Shown here in pieces: positions 49,716 to 63,400 of a DNA stretch of 64,000 bases (the first letter of the stretch is position 1; the number at the start of each line of letters is the position of its first letter). Source of the stretch: Schmidtea polychroa (taxonomy: Eukaryota). The translations under genes were made by a program, and so were the position numbers. The stretch covers positions 16,928,001-16,992,000 of the forward strand of contig CM097885.1 of NCBI GenBank assembly GCA_044892525.1, given 5' to 3'. The notes beneath the pieces were generated by a model. That model saw only the letters and a program-made list of their open reading frames with translations, searched no databases and was not told the DNA's origin.

Positions 49716-50781
49716 TATTATTATTATTATTATAGCTTTTAGATGTGGAGAAAATTTAATTATTCAAAGCATAGAAAATAATAAACATTTAACATTTAAA
49801 AATTATAAGAAATATAAGTAAATTAAATTCCATAATATTATTAAATTCTATAGTGTAATAAATATCAAAACTAACACTTGACATTTTCGCAGAAAATGCG
49901 ACAGTAAATCAATACTTTTGGAAGAATTTCCCTAGTCCATTAGTGTGGATTTTCCAATTTTGTATTTTAAAGACTGTATTAAGCCTATTAAGTCCGCATA
50001 TTCACATAATTCAAGAGATTTGATGTAATTAAAGAAACAATATAAAAGTAAACAAAAAACTCAAAAAAATTATTCGACTTTTGATTTTTCTTATAATGCA
50101 TCAAAATAACTGAAATACTAAGACAATAAAGTGATATAATGAATAAATGTTTGATCATTAAAAGACCACTCAAACAACTGTTTTACGATATATTTTGGCA
50201 GGGTCACTGTTATCATCAGATAAGAAAGAAAAACTATAGATGCAATAGATATTCAAACAAATTATTTGCCTAATTTAATTACCCACAAATAAAATATCAT
50301 TTATATCATATGAAAAAAGTCTGTAGAAATATCGTGTGCCTTACAAATTTTTTGATCTAGTCTTACAAACAACTGTATTGCGTATTTCGTCTATGACAAG
50401 CAGAACTTTGGTTTATATTGATTTTGTTATAAACCAACCTTTTGTTGGGCTGAGTCGAAAACTTAATTGTTCAAAAGTAGGAAAATAAGAAAGTAGGACG
50501 TTAAAGAAAATAAAAATAAAATAAGCAAAATTAAGAATAAAATAGAATAAGATATAAGGAAAAAACAATAATTAGGAAATAAGGATTAAAACAATAAATA
50601 AAAATAAGAAAAATTAAAATAGAACAATAAATTGACGAATAAATGATGTAAAATTTAATAAATAATAAGGAAATTAAGGAAATAAATAGAAAATATATTA
50701 AAAATAAAGGAAATAAGGAAAAATAACCAAAAAACAGGAAAAAGTAAATTAAATTGAAAAAATAAGCGGTACTCAATTCTG

Positions 50782-50868
50782 ATTGGTCCGCATAAATGAA
50801 AAATTATTATATAAGCAGGCACCAAAATCATAAAAATCAGTGTTAATTCAAAAACTTCATAGGTAAGT
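50782..50868 (+). promoter_or_regulatory. Pol II promoter and splice donor in element A
   Basis: ATTGG 50782, TATATAA 50808, TCAGT 50837, AG|GTAAGT 50863; CCAAT, TATA and donor conserved in element B (54998, 55024, 55080). Confidence 0.65.
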
Positions 50869-51301
50869 AAATTTTAAATATCATGCAGTGTTAATTCAAA
50901 AACTTCATAGGTAACGATCCAGAGACAGCCGCGACTCAAAATCAATTCAACGTTACATTTGCAATAGAAATCGACACCCGAAGAGTTACAGAATCCGAAA
51001 TCAGCAGACTATTTTGTTTGAAAACCGAACATTATATTTTCGACTCAGCCTAATTCAATAGTAAGGAGATTTTCTTTATGGTATTTATTTTAGAAGTTAA
51101 TCGTACTTATGCATATTTGATGAATAATTAAAATCTTAATTTAAAGCAGTTTTCCTTTTCATTTGATCCCCCGTAATGATTTTAATAAAGTAAATGATTT
51201 AAATGTCTAAAAGTATTTACTAGTAACAAATGAATCATTGAGTAATTTTTATGATTAGTTTTTATGAATTATCATTTTTCTGTGTTTAACTTAATGAGGA
51301 A

Positions 51302-51440
51302 CGTGGAGTTGAGATACTCCATGTCATGGTGTGAGGTGCCTTCAGGAGCTCAGCCGGTGGACATGGAGTTTTTCAATCACGCAGCTAGATTGGGCCGAAA
51401 TGTGAAGGCTTCTTCACGGGTCCAATCGCTGAAGGTGACT
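51302..51440 (+). ncRNA. Conserved structured RNA element 1 (copy A)
   Basis: Compensatory changes versus 55524-55660; strand inferred from G-U-compatible changes. Confidence 0.7.
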
Positions 51441-52812
51441 TAAAAAATATAGAAGAATGGAAACGAAGGAGAGTAGTGACATCTAATTAAATGAGATAGT
51501 CGTAGTAGTAGTGATCCACAGTGACTGAGCGAGTCTAAAATCTTCACATCTGCGATAGTTCTGTAGCTCTCGTGTTTTGGCAGTCTATTATCATCATCAG
51601 CTTTAGATTCCAGACAGTGTAATTTCGCTAATAGGGCAAGTATCATCTATTAACCAATTACTTTGATTTCGAAATAGCCACTCCCACTCAATTTCAACAA
51701 TGAATCCAATTTAATAGTACTTAGCCTGACAGTAAGACAGTAGAATATAAGATCATCGAAAATTGAAATTGAAAAATAAGTCAATACACGTGAAACATCT
51801 TTTATTTAAGTACAAAGGGAAAACAAATTTTCGAAATACCTGTATATGAGCCAATGTGTAAAACATTTTCTTCATTTAACTCCCAAAACAGTCGCCATCA
51901 ACCAAGTAAGATAAGTAAAGACACCCAGAATGGTTTAATGAAACTTCCTCGAATGCGATATATCCAATAATAGCGACGAGAGAGAATTTACACTTGAATT
52001 TAGACTAGTCGAGTGTAATCTAACACCAGTAAACAAATCCAGAATGCTATTCGTATTAAAATTCAGTAGAGCCACTATATTCGCCTGCGCGCACACACAA
52101 GTATTATGAGTCCAGTAGCAAATCCATATGGGATATCCATCAGCGATAATACAGTAAGTTATCAATCATACTTGCGTGAGAAAATTTCCATACGTCACCC
52201 CGTTAGGTTTTTCCTGTGATTTGAATCAGCAGTAGGTAAATTCGCATTGAGCAATTACCCTGAGAGACTCCACCCAGCACGCAGCATTCAGTTTCCAACT
52301 ATAAGATAAAATCATCAGCCAGAGAGAAATTCACGCGGATTACTGATAACCGAAAGCGTGCAGTTGTATAATTTAAGTCCAAAGTTTGGAACTTCTAAAT
52401 TTAATCTGTATAACTAACGATTAACTAAACCCGCGGAATCTACCGAATTTTCATATTAGATAATTATCTTTTGTAAAGTAGTTAGTAATTTGATTTTGAG
52501 CTCTTGAATGTGATTTAACATTTTTAGGTAAAATTTAACTATTACTCATTTCACTTAATAGGTAGAACTTCCATTTTTTTTTGTATTACCTTCCTTTGAC
52601 AAAGTTATATTGTCGGTTGATATCTTTTAGTAAATAATTAATCTAAAGGGAATAAAGATCGATCTTCTAGGGAAAAGATCCTCTTGTCAGCCGACCCGGT
52701 TCCCTTTCTTGTCAGAATATCTGGGACATTCAACGAATAATGTGTCGGAACAATGATCTTATAAAATTAGTTTATCTCGTTTAGATTTATCTCTTCTTTA
52801 TAGCCATCAGAT

Positions 52813-53560
52813 ATGCTACCAAACGCCAGACCGGCACTCAAACCCTGTTTATCTTGCTCAGATAAGAATGTAGTGATCAAAGACTTACAAGCCCAGATAG
52901 GCCGTTATAAGAGAAAAATAGATGAGTTGGAGGGCACCTGGTTTAGCCCCACTCAAATGAAGGAAATCCAGAAGAGATTATATCGAAGTGAACATTGCCG
53001 TGACGCTCTAATCTCCGAGAGCCGGTCACAAAGAAGCTTAATAAAGGAGCAGTCCGAGGCCCTGCACAAGGTGTACCTGCAGGCGGCCACCACTAGAAAA
53101 ATCGTAACTATCCCTATTCGCGAAGCCGATGAGCTTTTTCCGGCGCACCATGATACTTCTGCCAAATGGCCGTCTTCTTCCAAGAAATCTTGCCGACAGT
53201 GTGTAGAAACGGAACTCACCAAAAGACCCAGATCTCATCATCACGGGAACGAGCAGAGCACAAAGTGAAAGCACACCTACTGATACTGTGCCACAGAGGG
53301 ATCAATCAACGTCGAAACCGAAGCGTAAGCAGTTATCGCGGGCAGAGCGTAAGAGACGACAGCGCGAACGAGCAAACATCCAGCAAAGCACCACAGTGAT
53401 GGAACCCCCAACTCCCCGAAACGTCAACCCAGCGGTGGTAGATCTAACTACCGGGATCTCCGCACGGATTATCTCGGCTGCTGGCGTAGTATGGGAGGAA
53501 TATGCCTCCGAATTTTTCGACATCGACGAATTATTACGGGATACCGAGTGGGAAAAATGA
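52813..53560 (+). pseudogene. Element-encoded protein of about 245 aa (CxxC, coiled coil, Arg-rich motif, acidic tail); one frameshift near 53220
   Basis: Homologous to 57133-57881 with many synonymous differences; splice acceptor 9 nt before the ATG in both copies. Confidence 0.8.
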
Positions 53561-53823
53561 GTAACTCCAGCAGAAAGCTCAGTGACTATCACCTCTATTA
53601 TTAGCATCATATGTGATTCTCTGTCATACCATCCATCTGTACATATGGATCTTCTGTTGTTTTGTGTTTTGAGAATGAAATACATTTATTCCTGTTCCAT
53701 TTATTTATTTTCGTTAGTGAGGGTTAGGCATAAAATTATATACGGATTGTTTGAAGTTTGATGAGTGTCAGCCAATTTGCATTCGATCTACCGGTAATGA
53801 GAGATTTGGATAATACGAAACGA

Positions 53824-53967
53824 CGTAAGACCTTCTATCGGCCGTCTAGTGTGGGAAGTCGAGACCTCAGTAAGGAGTAGTTTTAAGGCAGAAGCTCACC
53901 TGCTTACTGGCGTCTCGCCGGCATAGTGCAGTACCAACGTGAAGCAGTTCACAGGCACTATGTTGGA
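53824..53967 (+). ncRNA. Conserved structured RNA element 2 (copy A)
   Basis: Compensatory and wobble changes versus 58168-58311. Confidence 0.7.
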
Positions 53968-55523
53968 ATGCGAGTTATGCGGGGTCCTACTCAGTGTTGG
54001 AAAGAGGAGAGGATTTTTGGTAGAGTGGGCAATCAACCCTTAGACTAGCCACAAATGAAATAGCCAACCGAGTAAGCCACCCCAGCACTTTTATATATGA
54101 CAAAAATATATTCTTATGCGGCTGGGAAAAACATAAAATAATAAACTGAAAAAAATAATAATAGATCCGTATTTTGTACACAAAAGTTACATTAGACTAT
54201 AAGAAAATTTAAATCGTGTGTTAGAAATAATTCAAGAGAAAATGTTGTCTTTAAAGGGCCAGGAGAGTTGAAGCACTTACTCTTGGAATAAAACACAGGA
54301 CATATTTTTTTAAAGGTTCTTAAAAATGGTGTTTTAATTTTATGAAGTGAAACAATTTACATTGCATTTATTGAGAAATCAGTAGTCATTTTTTAATAAA
54401 TACAATGTCAATTGAAAAGAAATCAGAGGTGAAAATCGAAAGAAGTTTTTACGAAACAATTTAGTTCAAGCAAATTTGAAAAGGTTGAAAATAGATTCTC
54501 ACAACATTTGTCAAAATTGGTATTCGGTTGCATGACTAATGATGATAAATTCAAGTCGATAATCATATTAAAAAACGATTCTGAAGGACAATTTTATAAC
54601 AACAATTGTAGAAAAGACATATCCTAAAGGAATTTAGGTTTATTGTATTTTTAATATAATTTAATAGAAAAAAATGAATTTATGCTACTGTTGGGCTGAG
54701 TCGAAAACATAGATTGGAGATTAGGACAAACAAGATGTTAAATAAAATAAAAATAAAGCAAACAAATTTAAAAATAAATTAGAATCAAAATACAAAAGAA
54801 ACAATAATTAAAAAATAAGAGTTAAAACAAAGAATAAAAAATAAGAAAATTAAGATAAGAAAAATAAAATAACGTAAAATTCAGTAAATAATGAGGAATT
54901 AAAGAAATAAACAAAAAATATAATAAAAATAAGAAGAAATAACCAAAAAACAGAAAAAGTAAATTAAATTAGAAAAACTAAGCGGTACTCAATTCTGATT
55001 GGTCCGCACACATGAAAAATTAATATATAAGTAAGCACCAAAATCATTAAAATCATCGTTAATTCAAAAAATTCTATAGGTAAGCAAATTTCGAAAGTAT
55101 CAACCACCGTTAATTCAAAAAATTCTATAGGTAAATCCAGAAACCGCAGCGACTCACAATCAACCGAAATTAGCCAAAGCATAATTAGTAATAGGAATCA
55201 ACATTCAAGGAACCATCAGGATTTGAAATCGAACAGACTATCTTCAAAGACGAACAATTCATTTTCGAGTTAGCCCTCAAACCGATAACGATAGTAAGGA
55301 GATCTTTTATTTTTGAAAAGTTAATAGTAATCATGGATATTTGTTAAATAATTAAAATTTTGGTTTAATGCGATTTTTTCTTCATTTGATCCCTTGTAAT
55401 AATTTTAACTAGGTTAATGATTTAAATGGCTAAATGTAATTACTAACAATAAATGAGTTATTTCAAAGTTTTTATGATTTGTTTTATGAGCTGATATCTT
55501 ATGATTTTAATTCTTATGAGAAA

Positions 55524-55660
55524 CGTGGTGTTGAGACATTTCATGTCATGGTGTGAGGGGCCTTCGGGAGCTCAGCCGGTGGACATGAAGCTTTTCAATC
55601 ACGCAGTTGATTCGGGCCGTAATGTGGGGGCTTCCCCACGGGTCCGTCACTGAAGGTGAC
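55524..55660 (+). ncRNA. Conserved structured RNA element 1 (copy B)
   Basis: See copy A. Confidence 0.7.
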
Positions 55661-57132
55661 CTAAACTCAGTTAGAATAGCAGCATATAGGGTGCATAATA
55701 GATTCTAAATCAAAAGAAAAGTAAGATTTACGATTTCACAGTGATTGAGGGAGTTACCATCTTTGTACCTACAATGACTCTACCACATTAAGCATCATTC
55801 TTCGAGAAATTCATGCTATCACCATCTGTAAATCGGAATCTCTAATGTTACATTAATAATTCGATTAACACTCATCTCTAACGAAATTATCCAACGTTGA
55901 GCTCTCCTTTTATCCTTCGGAAAATGAACCGATTCGAATTTTCACCTTTACATCTTGATGATCATATGATAGAATTCAATAACAACATTTACGTAAAAAT
56001 GGAAAAAATAATACTATATGTATATCAATATTTTATTTAAGTACATTCATAAATTAATTTCCGACTACCTGTGTAAACGTTCTCTATGTGATCCATTCCG
56101 AATGACCATAGCTGAAATGAAATTGATAGACATCTAGAGAGTTTAGAAATTCCATCGTTAAGTATATCCAGCTCTAGAGAAATTACGACTTGTACTAACA
56201 AATTCCAACATTGCAAGTTAGATGAGAACTGACAGACGATGAATACGGCACCTAAAATATTCTCTAATACCACATGTGAAGTCAAGTAGAAATTCCACCG
56301 AATAGCACACGTGCATGTATATATTGTAACTGCGATTAGCGATATCCATATGTGAGTATGCGCGAGAAATAGCATAATCAATGAGCAACCATTCACAGTA
56401 GGGAATTTCACCATGTGTCACACCCGATAGAATTTTTCATCTTTGTGAATAGTAACGGGTGAGCGTATTAGATAACAGCTACCATGAGGTGCGACACTCA
56501 GGTTGTTGATTCTCAGATTTTTGTTTTGGATAAAAATCGTTTGTGTCGTTATCGAGATAAATTGAATAATCAATAGACGATTACCGAGGTATGAAAATCC
56601 TTAAAGTCCACTTATTAGAAAATTGTAAATTAAGTGTTATAAACGACAATAGAAATTTTAATTAATTATGATAGATAATAATCGAAATTTTAAACCAAAT
56701 GCTGTAAATAATAATTAAACTTAGACAGATTTACCCATATAACTCCTTAGGCATTCACGTATGAACATCATCAAGTGGGAAAAGGGAAAGTTTGGGGGAA
56801 GTAACTAGCGCTGTATATTTTAATTTTTGATCTAAAACATGATTTAGCAATTTCAAGAGAGATTAAGGAGTTAATAAATTCACTATTGTGGAATTTTCAT
56901 ACTTAATTTGTATTCGTCAAGACAATGATATAGGCGATTAATTAATATTTTGTAAATAAGGTACAAAGTGATAGCGATCAACCGTCTGGGGGGCGGAATT
57001 TTCCTCATCTGCTTGTCCTGTTTTCTTCCCTTGCCGAATATCCGACAGTGAATAAACAACTGCATCCGATCAACGATTTTGTAAATGTAGTATATTCTGG
57101 TTATCATAGTTTCTTCTTTACAGCTATCCAAC

Positions 57133-57881
57133 ATGCTACCGAATGCCAAACCTGTACTACGCCCTTGCTTCTCCTGTTCTGACAAAAATTCTATTATCAA
57201 GGATTTGCAGTCCCAGATCGGTCGATACAAAAGGAAAATCGACGAACTGGAAGGCATATGGTTCAGCCCAGTGCAAATGAAAGAGGTACAGAAGAAGTTG
57301 TACCGCAGTGAACATTGTCGTGACGCTCTAATCTCTGAGAGCCGTTCCCAACGGAGTCTAATAAAAGAGCAATCGGAAGCTCTGCACAAAGTGTACCTGC
57401 AGGCGACGACTACTCGAAAGATCGTCAGTATCCCCATCCATGAAGCGGACAACATCTTCCCAGTGCATCACGATACCTCTTCCAAGTCATCGTCTCCCTT
57501 CAAGAAGTCCTGTCGAGAGTGTGTAGAGACCGAGCTCTCACCTAAGCACCCGGACATCATCTTCACCGGAACCAGTAAGGCGCCACCCACCATTGCATCT
57601 ACATCTGCAGCAACCCAGAATAGTCAGACGGCATCGAAACCTAAGCGACGGCAACTATCGAGGGCCGAACGCAAAAAAAACAGCGAGAACGAGCGACCGC
57701 CAAACAGCACGAACAATCGGCGGGCAACCCGATTAACGTCAACAATTCCCCTTCAGTGATCGATCTGACAACCGGGATCCCAGGGCGAATCATCTCCGCT
57801 GCTGGCGTAACCTGGGAAGAAAATGCCTTAGAATTTTTCAATTTGGACGAATTGTTAGCCGACACCGAGTGGGAAAAATGA
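57133..57881 (+). pseudogene. Element-encoded protein, copy B; frameshift in the A-run 57673-57680
   Basis: Second frame ends VIDLTTGIPGRIISAAG...EFFNLDELLADTEWEK*, matching copy A. Confidence 0.8.
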
Positions 57882-58167
57882 GAATCCACGGTGGAGTGCT
57901 CTCAGCGATCGCAAATTTTCGGACTACGTTATCAATGTTTTCTTTCTTTTTCCTTTTCTCATTGAAGTACATTTGTGGCGTATAAATTATCTGTGTTTGG
58001 TGTCATAAAATTGAAATAAACCATTTTTCCGTTTTTATATATTTTCCTGTGCGAGGATGTTCGGTATAGACTGTTTGTGAATATAGGTGAAAGCTTTCAA
58101 GGTTCAATGAGCGTTAACCAATTGCATCTAATACAGAGATAGTGAGGGTATGAATAATATGAATAGG

Positions 58168-58311
58168 CGTAAGTCCTTCTATCGGCAGTCAAGAGAAGGA
58201 AGTCGAGGCCTCAGTAAGGAGTAGTCCTAAGGCAGGGGCTCACCTGCTTACTGGCGTCTCGCCGGCATGGTACATTTCCAACGTGAAGCAATTCACGGGT
58301 ACTATGTTGGA
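58168..58311 (+). ncRNA. Conserved structured RNA element 2 (copy B)
   Basis: See copy A. Confidence 0.7.
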
Positions 58312-60401
58312 GTATAGGTTGTGCAGGGTTCTGCTCGGAGTTGACAAAGTGATAGCTAACATATATGAAATGAACAATCATCTCTTAGACGAAAAGTTAA
58401 AATAGTTGGAGTCAACCGAGTAGCGCCCCAGCACTACCTATGATTTAAATATCAAAAATTTGAACATTCAAACTACAGAGGATTAATAATATTGAATAAA
58501 TTATTTCTAACTGTATTTTATCTTACTACACAAAGTAAATAAGAGGGGGGTTGGATCCATGCGCTAGACGATGGAACACGCGAATAGGTGGTGGGTGAGG
58601 TAACCAACATAGAGCACCCAATACAAGCGGCAGAACTCTTGGCGCTTTCGGTACCAGTCAGATAGTGAGCTAGGATGAGATTAAAAGTTTCAGCTGATGG
58701 CAAACTCTGGATCCTGTGTCGAAACTCGTTCCGAGTATATATGATACATTACCCATGTCTGCCACTGTGTCAGTGTGCGTTGGGCACTACTTTAGCCGAT
58801 AATGCCTTATAATGAATAAATTGCATGTATTGAATTAAGACCCAATTGATGACTCGCTAAAACTGACAGGTCAAATCGAACTCCTCTCACCAATAATTTA
58901 GCAATAACTAATTGACATATTGGTGCACTGGTTGCACCAGTTATAGGTAATACAGAATCGAGATTTCTCTGTTTAATGTGTACATTAACTCCTCAAATAT
59001 GATATAAATTATTTGGTTGGGTATCAAGATTTGTATAAAATACCAAAAGTTAGAACAGAATGGAAAATAGTTCAGCAATTCAAAACAGTATTACCGAACG
59101 AAAGTCCCCATTAACAAACTTTACGGATTCGGATTACGGATTTTTCGCTTACATTACTTATTTTTTACATATGAATTATATATTTTAAGTTTTATTGCTC
59201 AATAAAATTGCATATGTATATGTATATCAGAACTTTACAATTTTTAACATTTTTCAGTTTTAAACTAAATATAGGTTTTTATTGCATCTTATACGATTTA
59301 AAGATATTGCCTAAAAAATCAAAGGATCAGCCGTGTTCTTAGACCTTATTTGGTTGCGTGCAATTCAAGTGATGTGAAAACGAAAGGTTTACCGAAAAAG
59401 ATGGAAAATAAGCTTTCTAATATGATCAACGTTTTGCAGGAAGGTTTACAAAATTAAAGTATTTCAATTTGTGTTATAAATAGAACAAAATCAAAGTAGA
59501 AAATAATTCAATCGAGACTATTCAATTCGAAAATATTACTAGCCCTAAACAAAAATCATTAAGACGTGCGCAACTTTATCAGAATATAATACACAGCGGT
59601 AGGCCTAGACCACATACTAACCACATGGCAACAGCAGTTAAGGATGCAAATGCAAAACTATTTACTCATCTAATATCTATATTTGAAATGCCTGATCTTA
59701 AAAAATGGCCATTAATATTAAGACGCTTTGGATCGATGGTGAAAGACAGCTGAATAATTTGACCAAACACAAATATTTAACGTTCCAATTAATGATTTTA
59801 GAATTTTTATTGATAAAAATAGAGCTACCAACTCGTGTTTATGTTTACTTACAAAATGTCCTAAATAATTAAATACAGAAAATACCACAAGCAAAAAAAT
59901 AAAACCAAACTCCTTTAAATAAATTATTAAATTTTTTTGTCTTTTTTTTATGGGTTAGTAAAGCAAAACCGAATTTTTCCCATACAAAAATATGTTCCAA
60001 AAATGTATAGATATTCCGCTTTACCGAGTATTAAGTTTATCTCAACAAGTATAAAAAGAGACAATAAATTCTTATTTTAGTGAAAACAGTACATCAATGA
60101 ATTTGCTGTGATTTTATGTCTTAGATTTATACATTGCAGAAAAAATTGATAATTATAGCGACTTATGGGGATTTTTATTCCAATAAATTATTTCGTCAAC
60201 ATGGGAATTATGAATATTGAACCTCCACAATCAAGTAAAAGAACAAAAAGAATAATCAAAACTATTGGTGTTATGGAAGTTGAGCGTGGCTTCAGTGCAA
60301 TGGGAAATTTATCGAAACTAGTCTTCATAAGAATTTAGGGGAAACCTGAAACTGCTTTTAATCTTCTAGCTTATATAAGAACATGTTTGAGGAAGCATAA
60401 T

Positions 60402-63400
60402 GATTTAAATGATATACTTTCTAAAAAAACAAATGAAGGAATTAAAATTAAAATGGATATACCAACTTCAAAATGTGTAATGACTTTGAAGAATATAAAA
60501 ATTAGTTTTTTAGATAATTGTTTCTTTCACACAGTTTTAGGATTTAAACCTATGGATATAACAATAAAAGAAGATAAAATAATAACATCAGAACATATTA
60601 TAAAAATAATAAATACAAACACAATAAATATTCATTGCGATTGTATAACAGGTTCTTATAATAATGGTAAACAAACAAATGTTTTATATTCCTTTCCCTC
60701 AAACACAGTTCCTATGGGATATAAAATAGTTGAAAGAATGAATCCTCCAAATTATTTACCTTTATGTAGAAAATATATAATGGATATTAATTTTAAAATT
60801 CTTAATCAAGAAGGAGAATTGATTGATTTTAATGGAGAAGAGATTTCAATGTATTTACATTTGAAACAGGTTTGAAGATTCATTTTAAATTATTAATAAA
60901 TGAGTTCTTATATTCCATGTAATAGAGGTGGTGGAACAATAAAAACAGGGTTTAATACAGAAGAAATATTAACTTTAACAGAAAATAAATATATTAATGA
61001 AAGAGGTGATTCAATGAAGGGTGATTTAATTTTAAATGGACACAAGATAAAAGAATTATCTTTTCCAACTGATGAAGCTGATGCAGTTAATAAGAAATAT
61101 GTAGATGGTGTTAAAAAATATACTGATTTAACAACAACAAGAATTGAAAGTTCATTAACAACAAAAATTGATTCAATGGAATCAAAGCTTAATAATATCG
61201 AACAACGATTTAATGATAAATTTGACAAGTTACAAAGTCTGTTAACTGAACAAGTTGTAAAGTTAAATACTGCTATATTAAATTCTAAAGATAAACAAAT
61301 TATGAATACTAAATTTAATGCAATATATAATATAATAAATGAGATGATTACATCATTTAATAAAAGAATTTCAAATTTAGAGTCTCATGGAACACACATT
61401 AACACCACACATAGTATTAGAAAAAGAGCTGCTGAATTAGAACAGAATAAAACATTATTACCCCATACATATAAACATTTTATAGAACCAAGTTTAATAA
61501 CAACAAACAGTAAAGAATGGGGTGTTTTTATGGTTGTAAAAATTATTGATCCTTATTTCTTTTTATTTGATGATGATAATGAAAGAATGAAATGGTTTGT
61601 GAAATGTGATTATAATAGTAAGCTTGAAAAGGGTGATGTTATAATGACTAGTTATGATTTACCACACGGAGATTGGTATGTTAATACTCATTCACATGGA
61701 CTACATAAAGTTAAAAGTAAGAATATTCATTTTTCTAGTTCACTTGTACAATATATAGATTTAATATTTTATGAAAAAAAGGTTGATGTTGATGAAGTTC
61801 GTAAAGCATTGAGAGAATTGTATAAAGACATCCTCTCAACAAGATTTTCTTTTGATATCCGAGTATTGGTGCCAGGTGGTGCTCAGAAGAATAAAGTCTT
61901 ATTTTTTTAATTATTAAAATGGAAGAAGTAAGAGAAGAAAAAATTTACCCAGAATTGAGATCATCAGGATATTATTCTTCCAAGGCCTCGGCTCCCACAG
62001 AACTTGAAATTATGAGAGTAAAAGAATTTAAATCAGAAACCTTACATTTACAAGATTTATTAAAGCATTATAAAAAAATTAAAAATAGATGGAATAAAGG
62101 GAATACAGTTTTAAAAGTTATAGGTTATTCTTTAGGATTTGCATCTGCAATATTAACAGTTATTTTACCCATAACTTTACCAGTTTTAACACTTGCGCCA
62201 GTAATACTTGGAAGTATTTCTGTAGCTGATGGTTTCTTAACTGAAATAGTTTCATTATCTTATACTTCTAAAAAGAAAAGTTTATATAGAGAAGTTTGTT
62301 TATCAATAGAATTAGGAATCTCTAAATTATTTTTATTTCAATTAAAAGCTTTGGAAGATGGAATCCTGACAGACGAAGAAATAATGAAATCAAATCAAAT
62401 AATACAAGATATAAAGAATGAGGTTATAAGATTAAAAAGGGAGGGCATGGTGGCTAATGTTATAAGTAATAAAAAAACATCTCGAGAAAAATGGTTAAAG
62501 AATTCTTACTTATAAAATGGGTGTATTTTTAAAAAAGTAGATCAGGTTGCTATAGTTGCTTAAATTAATTGTCGACATTTTATTATTAAAAAATTAAATA
62601 TCGTTGGTTTCAGTTATGGTTGAAAGCCAACCTATGAATCATTAATTTATGATCTTTAAATTCTTTATCACTTAGACCTTTCATATATTCAGGATCAGTA
62701 TTAAAATATTTAAGTTCTAAACATATAGGATTAAAAACTTGAGAATATAAAGGTTTCTCGATTTCTCTCTCGGGATAAATAATTTCAACATTATAAATAT
62801 CAAGATCAGTAATCTTTGTATCATATAACTTATTCAACTTTTCTAGATTTTTTATTATAGGGATTAAATTATTTCCAATAGGTAGAGTTGTCTTTAAATC
62901 ACTTAGTATGAATCTCTTATCATCATAATTTGATAATGATACTTTTTGAGATTCTATCAAGTGAATATCATGGTTTTCACTTTTAAGTTGATGTATTTCA
63001 TCAATTTTATCTTTATGATTTGGATTCAATGTATCTATATAATCTTGATGAGAAAGATTCTTTGCAACCACTCTCTGTATTCCTTTACATCTGTTATCCT
63101 TTAAATTAGTAATATTTTTTATAATTTCAAAAATGTTATTTTCTTGATTTTTAGTTTCCATCATTTTATAGTGTTAAAATTCTAATTCTTAGACCAGTCG
63201 TAATTGATTTATAATTATTTCTGCAGTAATGCTTTTTAACATTAATTTATGTGATTTAAAGTCTTCTGGTGTTAGTCCTTGGATATATTCAGGATCAGTA
63301 TTAAAATATTTAAGTTCTATAGGTTTTATATTTTGAACTTGATTATATAAAGGTTTAGGAATTAATATTTCAGGATATTGGATTTCTACTTTAGCAAGTT

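Larger units (their letters stand above)
50443..54087 (+). mobile_element. TG...CA element A, 3645 bp; probable giant solo LTR
   Basis: TGTTGGG...CCCAGCA ends; 4-bp TSD CTTT (50439-50442, 54088-54091); no gag/pol or transposase. Confidence 0.85.
54689..58433 (+). mobile_element. TG...CA element B, 3745 bp; diverged relative of A
   Basis: Same termini; 4-bp TSD CTAC (54685-54688, 58434-58437). Confidence 0.85.

Noticed and set aside
50443..54087. Ginger-type DNA transposon (TGT ends, 4-bp TSD)
   Set aside because: Inverted repeat is only about 7 bp and no transposase is present; solo LTR fits better, though this is not fully excluded.
59100..60401. Possible old hAT remnant (EVERGFSAM near 60277)
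   Set aside because: A single short motif with no definable ends; too weak to annotate.
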